Shown here in pieces: positions 1 to 8,001 of a stretch of 59,874 nucleotides of DNA; positions within the stretch are counted from its first letter, which is position 1, and every line of letters starts with the position of its first letter. The translations under genes were made by a program, and so were the position numbers. The notes under the pieces are model-generated. The model was not told where the DNA came from. It searched no databases and saw nothing but the letters and a program-made list of their open reading frames with translations. Source of the DNA: a virus (Duplodnaviria > Caudoviricetes); the IMG/VR virus record IMGVR_UViG_3300020045_005987, positions 1-59,874 of that record. The stretch is one strand, 5' to 3'.

Positions 1-258
1 ATGCTAAAGTACATGTGTAATGTTTGTGGTTATATGCACCTGACGATGCATGAAGCCGCGCTTTGTCACCCTGACGTGGTAGTAAAGGAGTTTCCAGACT
101 TGCCTGACCGCGCCGCCGAACTACAACGTGCACCCGTCCAGCCCGCCATCGAACTGCTCCGAAAATTGAAAAATGAGACCGGCAATGGTCTTGACTTCAT
201 TTCGGAAGAAACTTGGGAAGAAATCAACGCAGTTCTCAAAACGGCGGGCGGCGGGTGA
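1..258 (+). CDS. Small hypothetical protein with N-terminal CxxC (may be 5'-truncated)
   Basis: ORF at window edge; YMCNVCG motif; 3' half overlaps attC-like inverted repeat. Confidence 0.55.
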   Translation: MLKYMCNVCGYMHLTMHEAALCHPDVVVKEFPDLPDRAAELQRAPVQPAIELLRKLKNETGNGLDFISEETWEEINAVLKTAGGG

Positions 259-274
259 CGCTCGCCCATTCTAC
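115..274. repeat. Degenerate attC-like imperfect inverted repeat
   Basis: GCCGAAC(115)+5 nt+cgtgcacccgtc-ca-gcccgcc pairs with ggcgggc-ggcgggtg-acg (243-260), leaving unpaired extra bases; right core ATTCTAC is degenerate. Confidence 0.5.
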
Positions 275-289
275 GGCTCGGAGGTAAAA

Positions 290-499
290 ATGGATTATGA
301 AAAAATAATAGATGACTGTCTAAAAATTGGCAATGATGGCAGTGCGTGGAACATAAAAAATTGGGATAACGCACGCACATATATTCGAGAAGCTATTTAT
401 GCTTCTCAACGCGACGACGGGCTGTGCGCGAATTGTGGTGAATCTAAAACGTTGGTTGTTTGCAAAGAGTGTCTCAATGAACTCGTCGCCAACCGCTAA
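290..499 (+). CDS. Small Zn-ribbon hypothetical protein
   Basis: GGAGG RBS before ATG 290; CxxC...CxxC. Confidence 0.65.
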   Translation: MDYEKIIDDCLKIGNDGSAWNIKNWDNARTYIREAIYASQRDDGLCANCGESKTLVVCKECLNELVANR

Positions 500-514
500 C
501 GCAAACCGTTGGGC
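404..514. repeat. Partial attC-like site
   Basis: Right arm cgctaacgcaaaccGTTGGGC (GTTRRRY at 508-514); inner inverted repeat gcgacga(411)/tcgtcgc(483); left arm incomplete. Confidence 0.45.
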
Positions 515-542
515 GCTGTCTTGCAAATGACGCAATTTGCCC

Positions 543-571
543 TTGAAATGTAATCGAAACTAGGTTAGTAT
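543..571 (+). promoter_or_regulatory. Sigma70-type promoter
   Basis: TTGAAA-17-TAGTAT preceded by AGGT; matches genome-wide consensus. Confidence 0.7.
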
Positions 572-575
572 ATTT

Positions 576-645
576 ATGGATGACGGTCACCTGTTCAAAG
601 CAGACTGGCCGAGAAGCCCCCGGCTCCTTCGGGGGCTTCGGTTTT
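576..645 (+). ncRNA. Candidate ~70-nt small RNA starting AUGGAUGA
   Basis: Lies between promoter 543-571 and terminator 613-645; no RBS; hairpin cggtca/tggccg. Confidence 0.5.
613..645 (+). terminator. Intrinsic terminator
   Basis: gaagccccc/gggggcttc stem followed by gtttt. Confidence 0.75.
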
Positions 646-650
646 AACCC

Positions 651-678
651 TTGAAATGCCGGGAATTTAATATATAAT
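651..678 (+). promoter_or_regulatory. Sigma70-type promoter
   Basis: TTGAAA-16-TATAAT. Confidence 0.6.
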
Positions 679-722
679 GAATTTTGTAATTGCATCCATC
701 TTATGAAAAGGAGAATAATAAA

Positions 723-1121
723 ATGACATTCGATCCATATGCTCGTCAATCACGTCCACCGGTCAGCAAAGATGACTGGTATCCCAAGCCCTCCAATGGC
801 AAGAAGAATGCCAAAAAGAGGCGGCTGATTCTTTTGCCCAACCGCAAGTATTTCAGGTACAAAGGTACGATGAAGCGGGTTAGGAAACAGCCTGATCTTC
901 CCAAGCAATGTGTTGTGATGCGATATAGACAGGGTGATGGAGAGGGTATTGCAGACCCATGTGGGTGGCTTGACCAGTCCAAGACATTGTTTTCCCCAAC
1001 CATGTCAGGGGATGGTTACGTTTTCCCATCCAAGATTAAGGCCAAAAAAGCAGTTTGGCATACTGTTATGCAATCAGATAAACCCGGTTCTCATGTTGAT
1101 TACAAGATAGTCGAGATATAA
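723..1121 (+). CDS. Basic hypothetical protein
   Basis: AAGGAG at 708 then ATG 723. Confidence 0.75.
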   Translation: MTFDPYARQSRPPVSKDDWYPKPSNGKKNAKKRRLILLPNRKYFRYKGTMKRVRKQPDLPKQCVVMRYRQGDGEGIADPCGWLDQSKTLFSPTMSGDGYVFPSKIKAKKAVWHTVMQSDKPGSHVDYKIVEI

Positions 1122-1130
1122 TTTGGATAT

Positions 1131-1313
1131 AACTGGTGCTGTCCCTGTGCTAACATACAGTGCGTCAATAATAGTGACGTAACAGATGATAAGGTAGTTA
1201 CAATCGCGATGACTGACCAACTTTCACTGTCCACGCAGATGTTGACCCTGATAATTTCGGAGCCTATTAGGAAGGCAGGCAATGGTTAACAGGTTTAACG
1301 CCGTCCGCCAGTT
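1131..1313 (+). ncRNA. Candidate multi-stem structured RNA upstream of replication initiator
   Basis: Closing stem aactggtg/cgccagtt; inner stems acagtg/cactgt, gtca/tgac, gtaac/gttac, gttaa/ttaac; no + strand ORF of 60 aa or more. Confidence 0.45.
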
Positions 1314-1325
1314 ATCTTGAACTTA

Positions 1326-1344
1326 CTGGATCATTCTTATCCAG
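1326..1344. promoter_or_regulatory. Palindrome CTGGAT-N7-ATCCAG, copy 1 of 3
   Basis: Same site with conserved GAAYTTA prefix at 5160 and 44578. Confidence 0.6.
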
Positions 1345-1364
1345 AGACATCCTTAAGGAGAATT

Positions 1365-2078
1365 ATGAGTGTTACAGCAATGGCTTTAGTGTTCAAGTAC
1401 AAGTTTCCAGAGCTAAAAACTGACGATGGGAAGATAGTTCCGGACTCTACATCAAAGTTCGTTATGATTGCTCTTGCCGACCATGCCAGTGATGATGGGG
1501 AGAATGCCTATATTGGTGTGCGTAGGGTTGTTGAGAAGACTCAGTTTTCCACTCAAACGGTTTGCAATGCCTTGAACGCCCTACGCCACAATGGTTTTAT
1601 TACGCTTGTTGGCAAGTCAAAAGTGGACACGAATAACTATACAATAAATTTAGACCGATTCCAGCCACTAGAATCGCAGGATTCTAGCCACCAGAATCCA
1701 AGGACTCCAGCCACTAGAACGAAACCATCATTTAAACCACCAGTTAAACCATTGGCGACAAAACCAACCCAACCCTCCCGGTCCAAACTCTTTATGGATG
1801 CGTTGGAGAAGCACTTTGGGATTGGGTTGAACGTGACCTTCAAGGCGCACAAAGACTTTTTGGTTTGGGCTGTGGACGAGAAACACATCACTCCGGAGCA
1901 GGTGGAATTTGCCTCAAATACTTGGGAGAATGATGAAGATATAAACTGGCATGGCAAACGCAAGCCGTCCATTCAGGCGATCACGGAGAATTGGAAGTTA
2001 TTGATTACTGGATTTGAAAAGCAAGCCTCGTCCACTGGTGGGCGAGATGATTTTATTGACATGAACGGTTTAGAATAA
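1365..2078 (+). CDS. Phage replication initiator, N-terminal HTH (lambda O/DnaD-like)
   Basis: KFVMIALADHASDDGENAY motif; internal iterons; upstream of DnaB; AAGGAG before ATG 1365. Confidence 0.8.
   Translation: MSVTAMALVFKYKFPELKTDDGKIVPDSTSKFVMIALADHASDDGENAYIGVRRVVEKTQFSTQTVCNALNALRHNGFITLVGKSKVDTNNYTINLDRFQPLESQDSSHQNPRTPATRTKPSFKPPVKPLATKPTQPSRSKLFMDALEKHFGIGLNVTFKAHKDFLVWAVDEKHITPEQVEFASNTWENDEDINWHGKRKPSIQAITENWKLLITGFEKQASSTGGRDDFIDMNGLE
1657..1720. repeat. Three 23-bp-period iterons (probable replication origin)
   Basis: gattccagccactagaatcgcag (1657), gattctagccaccagaatccaag (1680), gactccagccactagaac (1703). Confidence 0.75.
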
Positions 2079-2092
2079 ACAAGGAGATAATT

Positions 2093-2244
2093 ATGGGAAA
2101 GAACTCAGCAATTGCTTGGACGAACGATACATTCAATCTTTTTTTATTCGAGCGTTTTTCTTGAAGCAACTTGGTGGTCATCCTGACAAGCGGCACAATA
2201 TGTCTGATTTTCCGGAAGACCTTCGGGTCAGGGAGTACCCATGA
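2093..2244 (+). pseudogene. Internally deleted DUF5131 (phage Gp37/Gp68) remnant
   Basis: RBS+MGKNSAIAWTNDTFN, then out-of-frame AFFLKQLGG...PEDLRVREYP*; these are the typical termini of the family. Confidence 0.75.
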
Positions 2245-2426
2245 AATTAGGACTTAACATAGTTACTGAATGTCCGTTGTGTAAAAGCACAATGATTATT
2301 GCTGATCCGATAAAGCAGGATAGCTTGTCTGGTGAGCATAAAATAGAACAGCGGTGCGGTGATTGCAAACGCATTGTCGTTATGTGGTTGTCCATTGCTG
2401 TTAAAATGTGGGAGGTCAAATCATGA
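2241..2426 (+). CDS. Small Zn-ribbon protein
   Basis: CPLC...CGDC; coupled to neighbours. Confidence 0.6.
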   Translation: MKLGLNIVTECPLCKSTMIIADPIKQDSLSGEHKIEQRCGDCKRIVVMWLSIAVKMWEVKS

Positions 2427-2656
2427 AAGATTGGAAACCTCTTGCCATTCAAGAAGGGCGTATATGCCCTGAGTGCAAACAGCCTGTGGGTAAAAGTAAC
2501 TGGAAGGACATGCAGACTGAAAAGGGTTTGCGTTCGTGTTGGAACTGCCGTTATGCTCATTGGCAGATTCCCATTAATAATGAGCATTCCGGCAATGTTG
2601 AATCTGATAATGCGGATCGAGAAGCGTTTGCATATATTCGGGAGGGTTGTTTATGA
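2423..2656 (+). CDS. Small Zn-finger protein
   Basis: GGAGG RBS; CPEC...CWNC. Confidence 0.65.
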   Translation: MKDWKPLAIQEGRICPECKQPVGKSNWKDMQTEKGLRSCWNCRYAHWQIPINNEHSGNVESDNADREAFAYIREGCL

Positions 2657-2847
2657 ATTGCTATATCTGCCACCAACTCATTGAAGATTCTAGTAAAGCC
2701 CATGATGTTCATGCCAAGAATTGTCCGGCCAGCAACGTGTATGCCGATGCGCCTCTTGGACAGTCTCAGCTTGTGTTGTGCGGTTGCGATTTCAAGGCTC
2801 ATGCAGAGTGTTGCCCAGCTTGTTTATTCCTGCGAAACCTCACATAA
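2653..2847 (+). CDS. Small Cys-rich protein
   Basis: GGAGG RBS; multiple Cys/His. Confidence 0.6.
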   Translation: MNCYICHQLIEDSSKAHDVHAKNCPASNVYADAPLGQSQLVLCGCDFKAHAECCPACLFLRNLT

Positions 2848-2862
2848 TTATTGGATCCAGAC

Positions 2863-3105
2863 ATGATTGGCAAATTTGATTATTCTAGAAAACTGATGGC
2901 TCTACAAGGTTGGAGAAAATTGTTGGTTTATTGGTTGTTGACTATAAACTATGAAATGGAGATTTCCGACTTGATGATAGCTGATGTGGCTGAGTGCCGG
3001 TTGGATAAAGTCCCAACCCTCATGGAGGGTGTTATCAAGATTGCCAAACATGGAGCGATTGAAAGAATCCCCGATTGGGGATACATATACAAAACTGCAC
3101 CTTGA
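2863..3105 (+). CDS. Hypothetical protein
   Basis: ORF in gene-dense run. Confidence 0.45.
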   Translation: MIGKFDYSRKLMALQGWRKLLVYWLLTINYEMEISDLMIADVAECRLDKVPTLMEGVIKIAKHGAIERIPDWGYIYKTAP

Positions 3106-3130
3106 AATGCAGAGATTAATAACTTAGAAT
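3102..3130 (+). promoter_or_regulatory. Sigma70-type promoter of helicase
   Basis: TTGAAA-17-TAGAAT. Confidence 0.7.
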
Positions 3131-3163
3131 GAGTTATCATCCATTACCTAAAGGAGAATAATA

Positions 3164-4654
3164 ATGTCGGTTCCAGACCCTAATGATTCACAAGCACCCT
3201 CACAAGTGCCGCAGAGTACAGAAGCCGAGGAAGGTTTGCTCGGTTGTGTTTTGATTAATCCAGACGCGTATTATGAAGTCTGTGATTTGATCGTTTCTCT
3301 TGATTTCTATAGTAAAAAACGGCAATGGGTATGGGATGCTTTCGTCCTGCTTGTTGACGCAAAGACCCCGATAGATTTGTTGACTGTTTCAGAGGAACTT
3401 GATCGGGTTGGGCATTTGGATCAAATAGGAGGTTTTGCATATCTTAACGCCCTTATAAATCAATGCCCATCTTCGCTGAATGCTGTGGCTTATGCGCGAA
3501 TTATCGAGGGGTGTTCCATCAGACGCAAGATGATACAGAAAGCCAACAAGATTGCTTCGATTGCATATGATGAAAGCAAGTTGATCGAGGATGCCCTGTC
3601 TCAGTATGATGCAGTTTTCTCTGAACAGCAGTTGACATCATCTGCGACCGATGATACGGAAGATTCTGATGATGCATCCTTGGCTTTGATAGAAAGGATT
3701 ACATCGAAAACGCCTACTGGTGTCTTGTCCTACTTTCCAGAGTTTGACAAATATGATGCGCTTGGCGGATTTCCCATGGGTGGCACATTGTTGATGGGTG
3801 ATTCCAGTTTTGGAAAATCCGCAGTAGCCTTGCAGATTTGTGAACAGAATGCCCTTGCAGGAAATCAAGCCCTTTATATCGGACTTGAATCCACCAACGC
3901 CCAAATGGTAATTAGGCGCGTAGCTGGTGCCTCTGGTGTGGTTGGCGCGTCCAAGAAACTTAGAACTGCCTCGCTCACCGCACAGGAGGAAGAAGGTTTG
4001 CTCAAAGAGATACGCAATAATTATCAGGGAAAGTACAAAGGCAAGTTGAAGTTAAATTCTCGTGCCACTACTATTCGTCAGATAGAGAATGCCATTCGCA
4101 AACATAAGCCGAAGATATGTGTCATTGATCAAATATCACAGGTTACTGATATGCCGTCTACCAACCCGACCATGAACCTGCTCATGAATTTTGCTAGACT
4201 CAAGGCTCTTGGCAATAAATACAACTGCGCTGTGATCGTGGTGCATGCCATTTCCCCGGAAGAATCGCGCGTGTTTTTCAAGAAGAACCAAAAGTCCAGT
4301 GCTGGTAAAGTCCAAAAGAATGGTATCCCGAATATCAATGCAATTCCTTGGGCAAGCCAGATGAAATTCTTGGCGGATGTTATTTTGTTTCTGGTTCCGG
4401 AAGTCAATCAGAAGTTATCGGGTGTTGTCAAATATGAGATCATTATTTGGGTGATGAAGGATCGTGATGGAACTCGATTCACTGATTGCTGGTTTAATTA
4501 CGATTTAGTAATGCAGTGGTTTGAATCTAAGCCTGCTCCGTATAAATCATCGGCTCAAAGGCCATCTAGTTCACAAAGTCAAGTTCCAATGGTTGATTAT
4601 TCAATTGAAGATGAGCCCGAGTTTGACCAACTTGATTTTGACACTGTGAAATAA
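3164..4654 (+). CDS. dnaB: DnaB-like replicative helicase
   Basis: N-terminal PQSTEAEEGLLG...PIDLLTV; Walker A GDSSFGKS; Walker B ICVIDQ; KDRDG. Confidence 0.9.
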   Translation: MSVPDPNDSQAPSQVPQSTEAEEGLLGCVLINPDAYYEVCDLIVSLDFYSKKRQWVWDAFVLLVDAKTPIDLLTVSEELDRVGHLDQIGGFAYLNALINQCPSSLNAVAYARIIEGCSIRRKMIQKANKIASIAYDESKLIEDALSQYDAVFSEQQLTSSATDDTEDSDDASLALIERITSKTPTGVLSYFPEFDKYDALGGFPMGGTLLMGDSSFGKSAVALQICEQNALAGNQALYIGLESTNAQMVIRRVAGASGVVGASKKLRTASLTAQEEEGLLKEIRNNYQGKYKGKLKLNSRATTIRQIENAIRKHKPKICVIDQISQVTDMPSTNPTMNLLMNFARLKALGNKYNCAVIVVHAISPEESRVFFKKNQKSSAGKVQKNGIPNINAIPWASQMKFLADVILFLVPEVNQKLSGVVKYEIIIWVMKDRDGTRFTDCWFNYDLVMQWFESKPAPYKSSAQRPSSSQSQVPMVDYSIEDEPEFDQLDFDTVK

Positions 4655-4667
4655 TTGGAGAAAGTTA

Positions 4668-5144
4668 ATGAAATTGATAACGCTCACCCAAGGTCAATTC
4701 GCCAAAGTTGATGATGAAGATTTTGATGAACAGAATTTGTTTACTTGGCAAGCACGATGGAATCCTCAAACCAAGAGTTACTATGCACTTAGAACGGATT
4801 ATTCCCAAGGTGGGAAGAAATCTATTTTGATGCATCGTGAAATTATGAAAACTCCAAAAGGCATGATTTGTGATCATAGAAATCATGACACATTGTTTAA
4901 TTGCAAAGAAAATTTAAGGAATGTTACTAATTCTCAAAATGCAATGAATAGAAATAAAGCAAGCAATAATACAAGTGGATACAAGGGCGTGAGTAAGCAT
5001 AAGAACAAATGGGATGCACAGATAAAGAAAGATGGTAGATTGATGTTTTTGAAATCTTGCGCCACTGCCGAGGAAGCTGCTCGTGTTTATGATGACAAGG
5101 CTAAAGAATTATTTGGAGAATTTGCTCTTCTTAATTTCGGTTAA
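4668..5144 (+). CDS. HNH-AP2 homing endonuclease
   Basis: ITLTQG, MHREI, DHRNH..L.N..ENLR, NTSGYKGV, AA..YD; AT-rich. Confidence 0.9.
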   Translation: MKLITLTQGQFAKVDDEDFDEQNLFTWQARWNPQTKSYYALRTDYSQGGKKSILMHREIMKTPKGMICDHRNHDTLFNCKENLRNVTNSQNAMNRNKASNNTSGYKGVSKHKNKWDAQIKKDGRLMFLKSCATAEEAARVYDDKAKELFGEFALLNFG

Positions 5145-5159
5145 TCTTCCTTGAATTTA

Positions 5160-5178
5160 CTGGATCATTTCAATCCAG
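5160..5178. promoter_or_regulatory. Palindrome CTGGAT-N7-ATCCAG, copy 2
   Basis: 15 bp upstream of -35 at 5194. Confidence 0.6.
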
Positions 5179-5193
5179 TAACACCCTTGACCC

Positions 5194-5222
5194 TTGAAAT
5201 GTAATGCACAATAGGCTAGAAT
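5194..5222 (+). promoter_or_regulatory. Sigma70-type promoter
   Basis: TTGAAA-17-TAGAAT with AGGC. Confidence 0.75.
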
Positions 5223-5255
5223 ATATTCAATCATCCAATTATCAAAGGAGAAAAC

Positions 5256-6206
5256 ATGCAACAGCAAAATGAAAAACAAGGCAATGGTTGGGACTTGATA
5301 AAATCAGCAATGGATTATCTTCCATTGCTTGATCTGTCCACAGAATCCCTGCTCAAAGATTATGTGAATGTAAATTATGGTGATTTTTTGACCCGTTTCC
5401 TCTTGCGTATGGCTTTGGAGGATGGAAAGAATCTTGCCGGGATTGCCGAACTATCTTCCGTTTCTGTTTTAGGTGGTTTTGGTCGAAAGCTGAAAAAAGT
5501 TATTAAGGGAATAGCCAATGAACTCCACGAAAAAATTCTTGATCCCAAGAATGATGTTCTTGGTGTATTACATCCATCCTGTCATTTTTTGCATCTTGTT
5601 TCCGAGATGGATTTAGTGAAAATGCACATGGTTGCTTTATATCCATTCAGGGCACATGCAGTCAGGATGAATGAGTCTTTGTTTCAAGAGTGTGAAGATT
5701 TGGTGCTACTACCTTGCTATGAAAGTGCCACCTTGGATCATTTGTTTAGATTTGCAAAGATAAGCCTTCACGCGCATGATGGTTATGGTGGACAGGTTGG
5801 CAAGGCTTATGTAAGTTTATGGGAGGAATATCAGAATGTTTACAATGCTTCTGAATTAGAAATCAGTGCCGAGTATGCTGATTTTGCCGACGAGATTGGC
5901 AATATTATCCGTGAGAGCGACCAGTCCTTGTTCAACAAGCAAGATCCAATCTGGCTTTACAGGGCGTTGAATTTCTTTCACGATGACCCTAATATGTTGT
6001 ATGAATTTATAACCAAAAAAAGAAAGCAGTTCGACCTCATGCCGAGGTCTGGTCATTTTATGAGTGCCCTTGATTTGTTCCTGCATTCAAATACTGGAAT
6101 GCTTGAAACAGTTTATGGAGATCGTGTTGTCAAGTTGCTTGATTATCATATATCGTTATGTATACCGTATCAGGAGCTAAAGAAAGCCCATGAAGAAACA
6201 AATTGA
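5256..6206 (+). CDS. Hypothetical protein (316 aa)
   Basis: Promoter, TCATCCA and AAGGAG upstream. Confidence 0.8.
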   Translation: MQQQNEKQGNGWDLIKSAMDYLPLLDLSTESLLKDYVNVNYGDFLTRFLLRMALEDGKNLAGIAELSSVSVLGGFGRKLKKVIKGIANELHEKILDPKNDVLGVLHPSCHFLHLVSEMDLVKMHMVALYPFRAHAVRMNESLFQECEDLVLLPCYESATLDHLFRFAKISLHAHDGYGGQVGKAYVSLWEEYQNVYNASELEISAEYADFADEIGNIIRESDQSLFNKQDPIWLYRALNFFHDDPNMLYEFITKKRKQFDLMPRSGHFMSALDLFLHSNTGMLETVYGDRVVKLLDYHISLCIPYQELKKAHEETN

Positions 6207-7209
6207 TTTAGGCAGTTTCAGTATGCCGGTTGAGGACTATGTTTCAATGCTTTATAAATCCTTAGAAAAGCAGAGATTCCACCAAGCACAGCAACTTGTT
6301 GAAAAGAAATCTGGTGTAAAACCTAACAAGTTTGTTGATAAAACAATTCCCACTTTTATGCAAGCTGAGATAGATGGTCTTGGTAGTGAATTGCTTATTC
6401 TCCAACAGGAGAATGTCAAAATAAAGCAGGACAATACCTCCCTCCGTAATGAGAATCTTCGGTTGAATACTGTAATTGAAAAACTCAGGAAACAGCTTGC
6501 TCCGCAATATGAAAGTATGAAGAATCTGTTTGAAGAAATTGGGAGTGGACCCGCTCAATTGGATCATTCCAAATGGGACAAATGGATCGACAAGGTCAAG
6601 GGTAAGCAGAAGGATATGATCCTTGCTCTGCTTGAACATGGTGGAAGAATGAACCGCAAGCAACTTGGATTGTTGGTTGGCGTTGTTGCTTACGACAAGG
6701 GAGGAACGTTCAACACTTATGTTTCAGAGTTGACAACCCTTCGCCTTGTTGCGCGTGAAGGTGATGATATTGTTTTACAGGAGATCATTAAAATGGAACA
6801 TACAATGCAAGAGGATTTTGAACATTTCATGTCTTACAGTGGCCTTTGGCGTGAAACTGACGAAGTGAAAGCTAAGTTACTTCTCGCGTTTGATGCCGCG
6901 TGGACGCCTACTACCTATGGTGCGCGAGTCATTACTCAGGAACGTATGCGCCAAATTTCTGCTGAGGGATGGACACCCAAGCATGATGATGAACATAAGA
7001 TGCTCCAACTCGGAAGGGCGGCATTATGTTATTTGAAGTTTGGTTTATTACCAGCATATCCACAACTTGTAAATCCGCCAGATCGTTTATGGCCTTGGGA
7101 TGTTGAGTTTTGGAAACCATCGCAAGATCGAATTAAAAACCTTATAAAAGCTGGTGCTTTAATAGCCGCTGAAATTGACAGATTACAGAGAGAGAAAGAT
7201 GCCAAATAA
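6190..7209 (+). CDS. Composite ORF: coiled-coil/wHTH region fused to conserved phage domain (ERxRQ..EGWTPxHDD..WPW)
   Basis: Internal CAGGAG+ATG at 6793; short N-terminal stub. Confidence 0.7.
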   Translation: MKKQIDLGSFSMPVEDYVSMLYKSLEKQRFHQAQQLVEKKSGVKPNKFVDKTIPTFMQAEIDGLGSELLILQQENVKIKQDNTSLRNENLRLNTVIEKLRKQLAPQYESMKNLFEEIGSGPAQLDHSKWDKWIDKVKGKQKDMILALLEHGGRMNRKQLGLLVGVVAYDKGGTFNTYVSELTTLRLVAREGDDIVLQEIIKMEHTMQEDFEHFMSYSGLWRETDEVKAKLLLAFDAAWTPTTYGARVITQERMRQISAEGWTPKHDDEHKMLQLGRAALCYLKFGLLPAYPQLVNPPDRLWPWDVEFWKPSQDRIKNLIKAGALIAAEIDRLQREKDAK

Positions 7210-7330
7210 AAAGGAATATCCATTAGACAAAACCCTCGTCAACTATGGTTTGTCACGTATTGAATTCAAGGCCAGATTGGATGGGCAACACAATGTATGC
7301 CGTTATGCAAAGCTAAACTCTATGTTATAA
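7199..7330 (+). pseudogene. Truncated EndoVII-like gene N-terminus
   Basis: YGLSRIEF..RLDGQHNVC then frameshifted LCK; the next gene carries the same motif (YGITEDQW...QNGICPIC). Confidence 0.55.
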
Positions 7331-7350
7331 TTTAGTTAGGAGAATATAAC

Positions 7351-7956
7351 ATGAGTAAAAAGCGACCGTGTAGAGGATGTGGTAAGGAAAAGGATGCATC
7401 AGGAGCTAGGAGTCATTGGTGTTCTGAATGTAAAGAAAATCCATTGAATAGAATTTTAATAATTAACAGTATGTGCAAAGTTCATGATGTACACAAAACT
7501 GGTTTCCTGATTCAGAGCCATAAAAGCTCGGAAAAGTTTAAGTGTAAGATGTGTGAAAAAGAACGAAGAAAAAGAATGAGTGAAGATCCAGTTCAGCGAG
7601 AGAATTTTAAAAACTCTCAAAGAAAATATAGATTGTATATTAAGTATGGAATAACAGAAGATCAATGGGATGAGATTTACACATTACAAAACGGAATTTG
7701 TCCAATTTGTAAAAAGAATTTGCGTTTTAGGAGAGATTTGGTTGGTAAAATGCCAGCAGTAGATCATGACCACAGGACTGGTGTAATAAGAGGATTGGTT
7801 TGTCAATATCCATGTAACTATGTTTTAGGGTATTTACATGACAATTCTGATATGTTTTTATCTTGCTCTAAATATCTCAATAGTCCACCAACAAAAGGAA
7901 AAATAAATTTTGTTGTACCAGAAACTAGTATAGCTAAAAAATATAGACAAAAGTAA
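7351..7956 (+). CDS. Recombination endonuclease VII-like (HNH) nuclease
   Basis: CPIC...AVDHDHRTGVIRGLVC..CN..LG; AT-rich; TGTTATAAT upstream. Confidence 0.9.
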   Translation: MSKKRPCRGCGKEKDASGARSHWCSECKENPLNRILIINSMCKVHDVHKTGFLIQSHKSSEKFKCKMCEKERRKRMSEDPVQRENFKNSQRKYRLYIKYGITEDQWDEIYTLQNGICPICKKNLRFRRDLVGKMPAVDHDHRTGVIRGLVCQYPCNYVLGYLHDNSDMFLSCSKYLNSPPTKGKINFVVPETSIAKKYRQK

Positions 7957-8001
7957 AGTCCTATCTTCAAGAATTTGAAAGCCACAGACAAGGAGAAAGC
8001 C

